This document shows positions 52,961 through 64,000 of a stretch of 64,000 nucleotides of DNA, one piece after another. The position numbers were made by a program, and so were the translations under genes. The DNA lies in assembly GCA_019828565.1 (NCBI GenBank), contig JAHDYR010000013.1:1-64000 (forward strand), in the 5' to 3' direction. Position 1 is the first letter of the stretch. Each line of letters starts with the position of its first letter. The notes beneath the pieces were generated by a model, which ran no database searches, was not told the DNA's origin, and was given only the letters and a program-made list of their open reading frames with translations. The DNA is from Carpediemonas membranifera BICM. Lineage: Eukaryota; Protista; Fornicata.

Positions 52961-54455
52961 ATGGACATCAATCTTGACGAGTTCCAGTCAGATTGTGCGT
53001 ATCGATTCCCATTCTTAACTAGATTACGATGAGCCGCGAAAGCAGACTGTGAAATCAGGCGAAGGTGTTTTTCAGCCCACCAGTTCCGTTCCATGGAAGA
53101 AAAGAGGTAAGAAAGCCAAGTTTACCAAGATATCTAGCAGGTACCCGTTATTGAAGTCCCTCCAGGACGAGATCACTGATGTTTGAGCCCCCGCATTTCC
53201 GCCACTCACATAGTACATGGAGTACGCCAATTTGACACCAGAAGAGAACCGTGCCAGACTCCGAGTCCTTGACGACCTCAAAGAGCTTGTCCACCGCGTC
53301 TTCCCAGAGGCTGACGTGCATGTCTTCGGCTCCTTTGCCACCAACCTCTCCCTCCCGACATCGGACCTGGATGTCGTCATCCTGCAGCAGGGGTCGAGCG
53401 ACACTGCCCACTTCGACTATATGGCAGGGAACAAGGCCGACAAGATCGACCTCATGGACCAATTGGCGGCCACGATGGTGCCCACCGGGTTTTCGACGTA
53501 CCACGCCATCCAGAAGATAACCCGGGCCAAAGTCCCTGTGCTGAAGACGGTCCACTTCTCTACTGGAGTGAAGCTCGACATCAGCTTCAACACTACGAAC
53601 GGCCCAGCCCACACAGACATGGTTCGCCGGTACCTGTTGAAGTATCCCGTAGCCCGCTCCATCATCACACTCATGAAGCACTTTCTCCTCCAGAGGGGGT
53701 TGAACGAACCGTACACTGGCGGGTTGGGCGGGTATGCGCTGACATGCATGGTGGTCTCATTCTTCACGACATACGACTCCGTCTTCAGCCCGGACCCGCA
53801 ATTGCTGGACGAGTTCCCGGACGCCGTCTACTTCCTCGACTTCCTCGACTTTGTGGCACACAAGGTTGACTTCTGGAAGGTCGGCATCTCTGTCAAGACA
53901 GGGTTCTTCCCCCGCCGAGGACGCGTGTTCGACGGCCAGGTCAACAACAACATGCTGTGCATTGAAGACCCCCAGCGACCGTCATCCGACATCGGGTCGG
54001 CCGCATACGCCTTTGATAGGATCAGATCAGCTGTGGACAACGCATACAGTCTCATCGTCAAGCCGAGCATGCGTTCCGTGGTTGTCCCCCGCCAGATGGA
54101 GCGGCGCGGCATCCGAACAGGCTCCATCCTGACCCGCGTGCTCTTTGCCGACTCCAGAGTCGAGGCGATGCGGGTAAAGTGCGTCAGCGTCGACACCCTG
54201 ACCGCCCCGCCGTCGTGCAGCATACCGGCCAGCGCTGCGGTAAGCGTGCAGGGCTCGCCGTCGAGGGAGGAGACTCCGGTGGCCCTGGTCATGCATGACG
54301 GCGACACTAGCGACTCTAATGACTCGACTCAATCGGAGTCGAGCACAGTGGGACAGTCGCCCAGCCCGACCCCAGCCCCGGAGGAGGTGTATGAGCTGAG
54401 CAGCGGGACGGACGACGAGGGTCACTGGAGCCCTGGCGTCATCGACATCGACTGA
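52961..54455 (+). CDS. Non-canonical poly(A) polymerase Trf4/TENT4-like; introns 52995-53022 and 53181-53213
   Basis: FGSFATNLSLPTSDLDVVI, AKVPVLK, LDISFN, QRGLNEPYTGGLGGY, LCIEDP. Confidence 0.92.
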
Positions 54456-54645
54456 GTGTCATCGGATTGGTTTAATAAATATCGTGTCGTGGAGTGCCTC
54501 AAGGCCGGCTGCACAGTTCCACTGATCATGGGGCCTTGCCGGTGTTCGGGAGACATTAGGCCTGAGAGTTGATTCGGCCAGCGTGCTGTCCGCGGTCATA
54601 TGGGAGCCCCCGACCCTTCTTGAGGTGGTCGCCAGCGATTGTGTC

Positions 54646-54782
54646 TTAAAGTGCGGTGGCCATGGTGGAGACACTGCCGTTGGGGCAGAAGTAGTTCTGC
54701 CGTTGAGGTGGTGATTGTAAAGAGCGTCCGCTGATGGTCTATATGTATATATACAGTACTAGATTAAATACGTAAACATCCG
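54646..54782 (+). repeat. Dispersed structured repeat, copy C, with a 50-bp insertion (54722-54771)
   Basis: Matches copies A and B; GTAAA duplicated on both sides of the insert. Confidence 0.85.
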
Positions 54783-54852
54783 GAACTGCGTCGTGTCCCG
54801 GACAATCAGATGATGAATGACTGGAGACAGTGCTAGGAGCCATTTATGTATC

Positions 54853-55023
54853 TTAATCCACCTTCTTAGCACGCTTGGCCTTCTTGCCAGCCTTCTTGGG
54901 AGGGCTGGGGGTGGGCTCGTCCGCGGCAGCGGGGACAATGTCGGGGGCAGGGACGGTGGGGCCGGCGGGGCGGTCAGCCTTCCTGTTCATCTTCTTGTAC
55001 ATGCTGCTGGCGCGCAGAGGCAT
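54853..55023 (-). CDS. Small basic Lys/Ala/Pro-rich protein (56 aa)
   Basis: MPLRASSMYKKMNRKADRPAGPTVPAPDIVPAAADEPTPSPPKKAGKKAKRAKKVD*; all Lys codons are AAG; below the ORF-track cutoff. Confidence 0.7.
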   Translation of the reverse strand: MPLRASSMYKKMNRKADRPAGPTVPAPDIVPAAADEPTPSPPKKAGKKAKRAKKVD

Positions 55024-55084
55024 GATTTGAGTTGGAACTTCACGATCAATACTTAATTTGATGATGTGTCAAACGAAGTGAAAC

Positions 55085-56307
55085 ATGGCAAACCGTGAAG
55101 AACTGATCCAGAGCTATTTAGACGCTGCTCGTGATCACGAAGCGGCGTCAGAGAGACTGAAGCAAAGTTCGTTGCTCTACACACTCTCATATAGTCAGAA
55201 AGGAGAAGAGTGAGCTTGACCGCGACTACCAGCTCAGCGAAATGCACATTAACGCTCTCCAAAGCGTTGGGCAACTTATAGGCGAGATCCTCCGCAAGAT
55301 TGATGACGATCAGTGTTCGTATCACCGAGTATTCTCACCCAGACATTGTCAAGGCAACGCACGGGCAGAAGTACCTCGTCAACGCCCGAAAGAAGGTAGA
55401 AGCCGAGCTCCTCCGTGAGGGAACCCGTGTAGCTCTGGATATGCAGACGTACACGATCATGCGGGCACTCCCCCGCGAGGTTGACCCGACAGTTTTCCAC
55501 ATGCTCCACGAGGACCCTGGGGACATCCAGTACGACCAGATCGGCGGCCTCGACGAGCAGCTGGAGCAAGTCCGCGAGGTCATCGACCTGCCCCTCTCCG
55601 AGCCGGAGTTGTTCAAGAACGTCGGGATTCGGCCCCCCAAGGGCGTCCTGCTGTACGGCCCACCGGGCACGGGTAAGACGCTGATAGCCAGGGCACTCGC
55701 ACATAACGTCAAGGCTAATTTCCTCAAGATCGTCGCCTCGTCCATCATTCAGAAGTACATTGGCGAGTCACCACGAATCATCCGAGAGATCTTCGCATAC
55801 GCCAAGGAGCACGAGCCAGCGATCGTATTTATCGATGAGATCGACGCCATCGGCGGTCGTCGTCTGAGCGACGGCACATCGACCGACCGCGAGGTCCAGC
55901 GCACGCTCATGGAGCTCCTCAACCAGCTTGACGGCTTCGACGATCTGGGCCAGGTGAAGGTCGTGTTCGCGACCAACCGGCCCGACATCCTCGACCCCGC
56001 CCTTCTCCGTCCCGGCCGACTCGACCGGAAGATCGAGATCGGGCTCCCCAACGAGGCGGGTCGGAAGCACATCCTGGCCATCCACTCGAGTAAGATGCAC
56101 CTGGCCCCCGGGATTGACTGGGCGCCCATCGTCAAGGCCTCCGACGGCTTCAACGGGGCCGATCTCCGCAACGTCTGCACCGAGGCCGGCATGTGCGCCA
56201 TCCGGGACGAGAGGGGCGTGATCGAGCAGGGCGACCTACTCAAGGCGGTGCGGAAACTCGGGGACTCGAAGAAGCTGGAGACGGCGCTGAAGTATGAGAA
56301 GGTTTAG
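55085..56307 (+). CDS. RPT4: 26S proteasome AAA-ATPase Rpt4; introns 55167-55194 and 55315-55342
   Basis: [19 protein letters not shown]...[34 protein letters not shown]. Confidence 0.96.
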
Positions 56308-56488
56308 GCGATGGGACAAAAAATTTCCCATCCAGAATGCTCTGAGGGCGCGACTCCCGCCACCCCGACCTGCACCGACAGCGGGACAGGCTGGTTGCCC
56401 GCCGCTCAGTGATCTGTCGCCCATGGACCTGTTATACATACAATCGCTTAACGTCGTAAAGAAGAAGATCCTTATCGCTCGCGATCTG

Positions 56489-57325
56489 ATGCCCTTCGAT
56501 CCTGCTACCGTTCCCGTAATCATTGATGCTGCCAAGGCCGTTGCCAAGGCCGATGCCTCTACTGCTGCTCGTGCCATCTCCGTGCTCGATCTCACCAGCC
56601 TGAACGACAACGACACCGATGCTGTCATCGAGGCTCTTTGCAAGCGTGCTGTCAACACTGCTGGCCACACCGCCGCTGTCTGCGTCTACGCTCCCTTCAT
56701 CAAGACCGCCCGTGCTGCTCTCGGCGAGAACCCCGTCAAGATTGCCACCGTGGTGAACTTCCCCGCTGGCGGCAACGACGTCGAGGCCGTTAAGGCCGAG
56801 ACTGAGGCTGCTGTTGCTGATGGCGCCGATGAGATCGATCTCGTCCTCCCCTACAAGGCCTTCCTTGCCGGCGACATTGCCACATGCGAGGCCATGCTCG
56901 ACACCACCCGCGCCGCCTGCGGCACCAAGGCCGGCATGAAGGTCATCCTTGAGTCCGGCTACTTCGACGACCTCGCCAAGGTCTACAACGCCGCCCGCCT
57001 CTGCATCAAGCACGGCGCCAACTTCGTCAAGACCTCTACTGGCAAGATCCCCGTCGGCGCCACCCCCGAGGCCGCTGTCACCATGATCACTGCTGTCCGC
57101 GACGCCAAGGCGGAGGACGGCGCCATCTGCGGCTTCAAGGCTGCCGGCGGTGTCCGCACTACTGCTGACGCGGCCCACTACATCGCCATCGCCGACAACA
57201 TCATGGGAGAGGGCTGGGCTGCTCCTGCCACCTTCCGCTTCGGCGCCAGCGGCGTCCTCACGGCCCTGCTCGAGACCTACGGCGTCGACCAGAGCGGCGA
57301 GGCCAAGCCTACTGGCAACTACTAG
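56489..57325 (+). CDS. deoC: Deoxyribose-phosphate aldolase
   Basis: LDLTSLNDNDT, IATVVNFP, FVKTSTGK, GFKAAGGVRT, FRFGASG. Confidence 0.96.
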   Translation: MPFDPATVPVIIDAAKAVAKADASTAARAISVLDLTSLNDNDTDAVIEALCKRAVNTAGHTAAVCVYAPFIKTARAALGENPVKIATVVNFPAGGNDVEAVKAETEAAVADGADEIDLVLPYKAFLAGDIATCEAMLDTTRAACGTKAGMKVILESGYFDDLAKVYNAARLCIKHGANFVKTSTGKIPVGATPEAAVTMITAVRDAKAEDGAICGFKAAGGVRTTADAAHYIAIADNIMGEGWAAPATFRFGASGVLTALLETYGVDQSGEAKPTGNY

Positions 57326-57572
57326 GTTAAAGTTCGTTATTTCTGGCTATTCGCGACTTGGCCGACAAGCAGGCTGCGCCTGATGCTGAGTAAGAGATTG
57401 GCATAAAGCGTGCGGAAAACGTTCATGTCAAGGAACAGTAACCACGTGAGTATTTTCATACCTGAAGGTCACCGGATATGCATAAGCCATCTCCCGAACA
57501 GAAAGACGGGTCAATGGGTCAGAAACCCGAAGTGCACTTTATGCAGTTCGTTGCGCACTTTAGCCTCAGAAC

Positions 57573-58100
57573 AATGGGCTCGAAGAAGAAGGTGACGGAG
57601 GAGGCGAAGGAAGTGTTCGAATCACTTGCTTCTATTATGTCATTGGAGGACGGGGCATATTTTGACAAAGTGACAGCGCTAGCGGCAGTTGCCAAGATTC
57701 TCGGCATCTCTCAATCCATGTTTCAGTCCAGCATCGGTGTATGTTGTCTATCCTTAGAATTATCACACAGGGCAGTCGCGGTGGAGCAATGAAACGGAAA
57801 GCTCCAACTACGAGGGCCGTGGATCACGCTTCACCATCCATCACTAGCCAGGACCGCGAGCGCCGCCACAAGAAGCCCCAGGCGGTGTCTGTAGCCAGCT
57901 CGAGCATCCTTCCGCACCCAGATCTTCGGGTGGACATTTATCCCAACGACGCTATCCTAGCCAAGGCAGACAAGGAGTTGCTGGAGACACTGGTGATGCT
58001 ACCGGACAAGATAGGCACGTTCAGCCCAGAGGCGGTGCTTGACCTGCTCGTGCAGGTCATGGAGTACGGGTTTTTGCTGAGAGTTCGCCAAAACGAATGA
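57573..58100 (+). CDS. Hypothetical protein (probably spliced; may join the next ORF)
   Basis: MGSKKK... ORF linked to the downstream ORF by a GTATGT...CACACAG intron-like segment near 57739-57770. Confidence 0.45.
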
Positions 58101-59098
58101 GTGCGGCATTCATGTGTATTGATTATAAACTTAGCCAGCTTCTCAACGGCGGCGGTGGCAGCCGGCCTGTCTGTTGCTGTGATTGGCCCGGCGAGACCCG
58201 CGCGAGGTGTCTTTCCCGGCAAAACCGACAACCATTCATGAACGAGCTGTCTCGGGCATTTAGGGCTCTGAGGATAGCATGCGCCATGAGTAGGGCTGAA
58301 ATGCTTGGTTTATCACCGCCAGACATCCGTAATTTCTTTCCTGAGCGCGTAGAGACGTCATCTCAGCCAAAAGCTCGACTCCAGCAGCATTTGGATGATT
58401 CAACAACCACTGTTGATCCAAATAGCCAGAATTGGACTGCAAGGGACGAGTGTATTGCCATTATCATGACCAAGAGGGCAGCCCTTCGACGCAGACGCAC
58501 CTTGGCCGCCACACTCCACGCCCTAGCCGCAGCAACGGCAGCGTCGCGCAGGATACGGGAAGACGCGGCCAAAGCCGACTCCTTCCGAGTCCGCATGCTC
58601 TGTCGCACGGCCCTGGTCCGGTGGCAGGGGGCCCTGTCCGCCGCCGCCCACACCCGCCGCCTTGAGGACACCGCCCAGTCGCACCGGGAGATGAGGTTGA
58701 CCGGGTCAGTTATTGCCCAGTGGCGGTATGCGGCGGTGCGGAGGGCGACCAAACGGGCGCTGATGGTCGATTCCGCGTCCCAGTTCCGACGGAGTGCCGT
58801 CCGTGGCGTCAGGGCGGGCCTTGTTGCTGCGGTAGAGGTGCTTGAGGCTGACCGCGCAGTCGCTGAGACACGGGCAAAGCTGGAGATAGCCCAGGCTCTG
58901 CTGGTCCAGGCCCGAGCCCACCCAAGGCCGCTGGAGCTTGGGCGGCTGGCACAGTGGGAGTATATCACCCCACCGGAGCCGGAATCCGTGCCCGACGAGA
59001 CTGACGGTGATCTTGACGGGGCGCTCCTGGCCTTGGTCCAGTCTCCCGCGGCCAGGAGGGTGCTGGGGGAGCAGCTGGTCGACCTCGTCCTGGGGTGA
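58097..59098 (+). CDS. Hypothetical helical protein with weak Sfi1-like Trp repeats
   Basis: ALVRWQ and VIAQWR spaced ~33 aa apart; start uncertain. Confidence 0.5.
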   Translation: MSAAFMCIDYKLSQLLNGGGGSRPVCCCDWPGETRARCLSRQNRQPFMNELSRAFRALRIACAMSRAEMLGLSPPDIRNFFPERVETSSQPKARLQQHLDDSTTTVDPNSQNWTARDECIAIIMTKRAALRRRRTLAATLHALAAATAASRRIREDAAKADSFRVRMLCRTALVRWQGALSAAAHTRRLEDTAQSHREMRLTGSVIAQWRYAAVRRATKRALMVDSASQFRRSAVRGVRAGLVAAVEVLEADRAVAETRAKLEIAQALLVQARAHPRPLELGRLAQWEYITPPEPESVPDETDGDLDGALLALVQSPAARRVLGEQLVDLVLG

Positions 59099-59343
59099 AG
59101 GCCAAGGGTTACTATATATAGATATAGTAACGTATATATATGGACAACTCAAGACCACTGAACTCCGACGGGGTGCTTCACCAGGGGCCTGGTCGGCAGG
59201 GATGCCCAGACTGTGAGATCATCTGGACCCGGATAGATAGAATTTTGTGGCCTGTATGGATTTATGGGGCTATCGAGAGTCAGGTGCCACACAGGCAGGC
59301 TACACATGTTACGTTAAGGCTCATATAAATGGGATGAGTCACC

Positions 59344-60496
59344 ATGATCGATCCTTTCTCCTTCATCGTTGTTGTTGCATGCTCAGCGACAGGTCCGTTG
59401 CATTCATTGTCTTGTGTTACATAGCCTTGCTGGTTACCTTGAAGCTCATCCCCGTCGTGTCCCAGTGGACGCTCAAGGCCGATCTCTGGGGCTATGACCT
59501 GAACAAAGGCCACCCAAAGGATGGCAAGGAACGTGTGAAGGTTCCAGAAACCATGGGTATCGTCCCCAGCATCATATACCTCCTATGCCTCATTTTCTTC
59601 CAGCTTTTCTTCCCCGACAGCAAATCCGTGCGTGCCAGCCCAACCTCCTCACCCAGCTAGCCACATGGAACGCTGCTCTCGCCAGCATCGGTTTCACTGT
59701 GCTCCTTGGCTTTGTCGACGATGTTCTTGAGCTCCGCTGGCGGTACAAGCTCATCCTCCCCGCCTTCGCCTCTCTCCCACTCGTCATGGCATACAACGTC
59801 ACCGGAGGCACAACCAAGGTGGTCTTCCCGTCCTTCATGGCCGACATTGTGGGCTTCTCGACCCTTAACATCGGCCTGCTCCACCTTGTGTACATTGACC
59901 TGCTCTCCATCTTCGCCTCAAACTCTATCAACATCTACGCCGGCATCAACGGCCTCGAGGTCGGCCAGAGCATGATCATCGCCCTGTTTATCGCCGCATA
60001 CAACATCATCTGCATGCTCCAGGGCAGCAACACCGAGGAGTCCGCCTTCATCTCCGACGCAGCCCAGTTCTCTCTGTACGTCGTCATCCCGTTCATATTC
60101 GTGTCTGCGGGCCTCTTCATCTTCAACCGCTACCCGTCCTGCGTGTTCATCGGCGACACTTATACTTACTTTGCCGGAATGGTACTTGCAGTTGCCGGAA
60201 TCCTGGGCCATTTCTCGAAATCCCTGCTGGTTTTGTTCATCCCGCAGCTTATCAACTTCACGCTCTCCCTGCCCCAGCTCGTCGGAATCGTCCCCTGCCC
60301 CCGGCACAGACTGCCCCGGTATGACCCGGCCGACGGAAAGCTCCATGCCGTCAAGAACCACCTGACGCTGATCAACTTCGCCCTGAGGCTGACGGGGCCC
60401 ATGGAGGAGAGGACCATCTGCCACGTCCTGCTCGGGTTCCAGGTGGCCTGCTGCTCGGCCGGGCTCGCCTTCATGCTGTGGGCAAAGGGTTTATAA
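59344..60496 (+). CDS. ALG7: UDP-GlcNAc:dolichyl-phosphate GlcNAc-1-P transferase; introns 59393-59424 and 59628-59656
   Basis: GYDLNK, LLGFVDDVLELRWR, NSINIYAGINGLE, FIGDTYTYFAG, CPRHRLP. Confidence 0.95.
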
Positions 60497-60750
60497 ATGT
60501 TTATTACTGAGGTTTAACTCGGGTGGTGACTCAGCATCGCGCAAGATGAAGCTCCACACGCTAGTGCCGACACATATATCAACCAATATTGGGGAAAGGG
60601 GACCTTGACCGCAATCTCCGCGGTGCTTGCCACGGGCTTATGCACTCCCATGGCCAATGCCGCGACGTGGCCACACCACATTTTCCAGATTACCGAGATT
60701 GATCACGGCGACTCTGACCGAAGTCTTGTCAAAACATTCCAACCGATAAT

Positions 60751-61469
60751 ATGGTCTACGAACAAGCCCCTCTTCCCTACAAGTCCCTCGAGCCCCACTA
60801 CGACGACAGAACTCTCGATGTTCACTACAACAAGCACCACACCGCTTACTGCACGAAGGTGAACGCCGCTCTCAAGGAGGTTGGCATCGATAAGGACCTC
60901 GAGTACGTCCTCGGCCACCTCGACGAGGTCCCCGAAGCCAAGCGCCAGTTTGTTGCCAACAACGGCGGCGGCGCATGGAACCACACCTTCTTCTGGAAGT
61001 GCATGGCCGTTCGTTCCCCGCCGAGCCCCTCTCTGGCCCAAGAGTAGAGGCAGCGGCGATTTCAACATACAATACTAACACAGCCTGAGAGCCAGCGCGG
61101 CGAGATGAGCGCCCCCCTCAAGGCCGCGATCGACCGTGATTTCGGCTCGTTCGAGAAGTTCATCGAGGAGTTCTCCAACGCCGCTGCCACCCAGTTCGGT
61201 TCCGGCTGGGCCTGGCTCGTTGTCGACCCCGCCACCAAGAAGCTGTCGATCATGAAGACGCTCAACCAGGCGACCCCCATCAACGAGGGCAAGTTCAAGC
61301 CTCTCCTCACCATCGATGTGTGGGAGCACGCCTACTACGTGTGTACCCCCCATTTACATATTTTACATAGCTCAACTGGACGTCCGACCGCCCTGGCTGG
61401 ATCAAGACGTTCTGCCACCACCTCGCCAACTGGAACTTCGTCAGTGCCGAGTTCGCCAAGTACCAGTAA
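60751..61469 (+). CDS. SOD: Fe/Mn superoxide dismutase; introns 61009-61083 and 61339-61370
   Basis: [29 protein letters not shown]. Confidence 0.96.
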
Positions 61470-61664
61470 ATGCTACGTGTGGGTTGTCGCTTGTGGCTAA
61501 TTAAGGGACCTTTGCGGCATTCCCGGTTGACTCCCAAGGAAGCAAAGGTCGAGCAACTTGTGCGTCTTTGGTAACTGGGTGCTTCATTACACCGTGGGCC
61601 CACCCTACTCCACCCTGAGCGCTGCTATCATCATTTCGCACTTTAACCCGGATCCCGGTGAGCG

Positions 61665-64000
61665 ATGGGCGTTTGGCAAGACCTCGGTCTGTCAAAGGAT
61701 ATTGAAGAGTCCGTTACTCTTATGGACTGGAAAGAGCCATACGAGGTCCAGCGTCGTGTTATACCGGTCATCGCTAGGGGAGAGAACGCGGTGGGCAGCG
61801 CCAAAACTGGCTCTGGCAAGTGCTTGGCCAAAGATACTCCTGTTCTCATGGCTAATGGTGAGTTCAAGCCCGTTCAGGACATTGTTGCTGGCGAGAGGCT
61901 CATGGGAGACGATGGGACGCCCCGCCTCGTCACCAGCGTCACCACTGGCCGCCAGGAGATGGCGAGAGTCACCCTGGAGGGCGGCGCGGTCTTCGGATGC
62001 AACATGTCGCACATCATCACGGTAGCCCTGCCCGAGCCCCAACACCTGGCCGAGGTCGAGGGCAAGGGCTGGGCTGCCGCGGCGTACAGACTCAGCCTGG
62101 GTCTGGACGGCGGGGCCACCGCCATCCAGCTCGAGTCCCGGCAGTTCAACACCAGGGCCGTCGCCGAGGGCTGGCTGGTGTCACTGGCCGGCAACCCCCT
62201 CTACGTCCCGGCGGACGGCGTCTTCGACATCTCCGTCGAATCCTACTTCGCCCTCCCCGACGCCATCCGTGCCGAGCTCAAGGCCGTCATCGCCCCCGAG
62301 CTCTCCTTCCACGGCCGGGCCGACCCCGCCGTCCCCGTCCACCCATACGTCGTCGGGGCCTGGCTCGGGGCCGCCTGGGACGACACCATGCCCGAGGACA
62401 CCCCCGCCGCCGTCCTCGAGGCCATCGAGGAGCTCCTCCCCAACCGCGACCCTGTCGAGGCCATGCGTCCGAACGGCAAGCGCGTTCCCCCAGCCATCAA
62501 GTACGGGCCCGCCGAGGCCCGGCGCCAGTGTCTGGCCGGCCTGGTCGACACCAACGGCTACCAGTCCGGCTCCAGGGGTCTGGTCGACGACGCCGCCTTC
62601 ATGGCCCGCTCCTTGGGTCTGATAGTGACCAAGTCTGGCGAGATCACGGGCGACCTGACCCGCCTTCCTCTGCGGGTTGAGTCCAGTCGCCCCCAGCCTG
62701 ACCACCACCGCCAGGCCTTCACGGTCGAGCGGCTGCCGGTGGACGACTACTACGGCTTCACCATCGACGGCAACAGACGGTTCGTCATCAACCACGAGAT
62801 GGTCGTCACCCACAACACCGGCGCATTTGTGCTCCCGATGCTGGACAAGTTCATCGCCAACCCCGACCGCCCCAGCTTCTACTCGCTCGTGCTCGTCTCC
62901 ACCAAGGAGCTCGCCGCCCAGATCGCTGGGGTCATCACCAGCGTCAGTAAGATCGTGGGGGAGCGGGTGAACGTCCTGACGCTGACCAGCGGTAAGCACC
63001 AGGGCAAGCCGTGCTTCATCGATCTCTCGGATAGGCCGCACTTTATCGTGGCGACGCCCGGCAAGCTGCTCGCTGAGTTCACAGGCCCCAACGGTGCCCT
63101 GATCAAGACGTACTTCAACAACCTGCAGTATCTGGTGCTCGACGAGGCTGACCAGCTTTTGAATAAGTCGTTCCTGGAGCAGATTCGGGAGATTATTTCC
63201 CAGATTCCGAGATCGGAGAACAGGGTGACCGCCCTCTTCAGCGCCACCATCGACGAGAAGGTTGCTCATCTGAGGAACATGGTCCTTGGCGAAGAGAAGT
63301 GGACGCTCGTCGAGGTCGACAAGGGCACCGTCGACACGCTGCGGCAGAGCAGGATTATGATCAGACGGAAGCACGAGGGCCTGCAGGATGTGATCCTCAT
63401 CCATCTCATGATGCTGAACGCCGGCCATAAGCACATCGTGTTCGTACCGACGAAGGAGGAGGCCGTCCGTGTGGCGCTGCTCGTCAACGCCTTCTGGGGC
63501 GAGGGCGCGTCCATGAAGGCCGTGCCTCTCTGCTCCCTGCTGGACAGAGACACGCGCATGGAGTACCTCAACCGCTTCGCCAACGGCACTGCCAATGTCC
63601 TGGTCGCGACGGACGTGGCCAGCAGAGGCCTCGACATCCCTTTCGTTGAGGTCGTCATCCAGTGCGACGTGCCCCTCAACCCCGAGCTGTACGTCCACAA
63701 GGTCGGCCGGACAGCGAGGGCGGGCAGGACGGGCAACGCCTTCCTGCTGGTGAAGGAGAGCCAGCTCGAGGACTTTGCCGTGCTGGAGCAGAGCTCGACC
63801 AAGCTCAATCTCAGGGAGAATCTCAAGCCCATGAAGATCTCAATAGATTCGATCCCCGCTGAGATTCAGAACAGGGTGAAGATCGCGGCAAAGATGGCCA
63901 AAGAAGCGGACGAGGAGCAGCAGACCACCGTCGTCAGCAAGGCCGTGGTTCATTACACCATGCGGGGCGTCAAGAGGGGGAAGCGTGTTCATAAGAAGAA
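61665..64000 (+). CDS. DEAD-box RNA helicase (Rrp3/Dbp8-like group) containing an intein; runs off the window end
   Basis: Q motif, AKTGSGK|TGAF, VLDEADQLL, FSAT, VATDVASRGLDIP, HKVGRTARAGR. Confidence 0.95.
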   Translation, partial: MGVWQDLGLSKDIEESVTLMDWKEPYEVQRRVIPVIARGENAVGSAKTGSGKCLAKDTPVLMANGEFKPVQDIVAGERLMGDDGTPRLVTSVTTGRQEMARVTLEGGAVFGCNMSHIITVALPEPQHLAEVEGKGWAAAAYRLSLGLDGGATAIQLESRQFNTRAVAEGWLVSLAGNPLYVPADGVFDISVESYFALPDAIRAELKAVIAPELSFHGRADPAVPVHPYVVGAWLGAAWDDTMPEDTPAAVLEAIEELLPNRDPVEAMRPNGKRVPPAIKYGPAEARRQCLAGLVDTNGYQSGSRGLVDDAAFMARSLGLIVTKSGEITGDLTRLPLRVESSRPQPDHHRQAFTVERLPVDDYYGFTIDGNRRFVINHEMVVTHNTGAFVLPMLDKFIANPDRPSFYSLVLVSTKELAAQIAGVITSVSKIVGERVNVLTLTSGKHQGKPCFIDLSDRPHFIVATPGKLLAEFTGPNGALIKTYFNNLQYLVLDEADQLLNKSFLEQIREIISQIPRSENRVTALFSATIDEKVAHLRNMVLGEEKWTLVEVDKGTVDTLRQSRIMIRRKHEGLQDVILIHLMMLNAGHKHIVFVPTKEEAVRVALLVNAFWGEGASMKAVPLCSLLDRDTRMEYLNRFANGTANVLVATDVASRGLDIPFVEVVIQCDVPLNPELYVHKVGRTARAGRTGNAFLLVKESQLEDFAVLEQSSTKLNLRENLKPMKISIDSIPAEIQNRVKIAAKMAKEADEEQQTTVVSKAVVHYTMRGVKRGKRVHKK
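61821..62816 (+). mobile_element. Intein (332 aa) with degenerate LAGLIDADG homing-endonuclease domain
   Basis: Starts CLAKDTPVLMANG; block B CNMSH; block C PYVVGAWLGAA; block E LAGLVDTNG; ends YYGFTIDGNRRFV...VVTHN; +1 residue Thr. Confidence 0.96.

Noticed and set aside
49169-57325. Bacterial contamination suggested by PFOR and deoC
   Set aside because: Interleaved with intron-containing eukaryotic genes and sharing their codon usage
59108-59131. Perfect 10-bp AT-rich hairpin; also the (ATTATG)n tract near 30919-30942
   Set aside because: Low-complexity intergenic sequence with a single occurrence and no supporting context

Overview
This is gene-dense eukaryotic DNA using the standard genetic code, most likely from an anaerobic flagellated protist. 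PFOR, an IscS with a short ML- presequence and very short (~28 nt) GT-AG introns suggest a free-living metamonad/fornicate (inference). Bases 1-7.6 kb are a subtelomere-like retroelement nest. It holds a (TAAGG)n array and a young full-length chromoviral Ty3/gypsy element (identical 122-bp LTRs, GAAG TSD) inserted into the chromodomain of another element. That element carries an antisense accessory ORF and has a palindrome where the tRNA primer-binding site should be. The rest is about 37 housekeeping or hypothetical genes. Among them are two related miniature TGT...ACA elements with 5-bp TSDs, a PPT-like tract and short terminal direct repeats. One of these carries a Fanzor1 (TnpB-family RNA-guided nuclease) gene and a candidate omegaRNA, and both sit at the same spacing from a TTAAGGTCA motif. 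The window also contains a three-copy structured dispersed repeat and a DEAD-box helicase interrupted by a 332-aa intein in its Walker A motif; the ORF track missed this gene because it runs off the window end.
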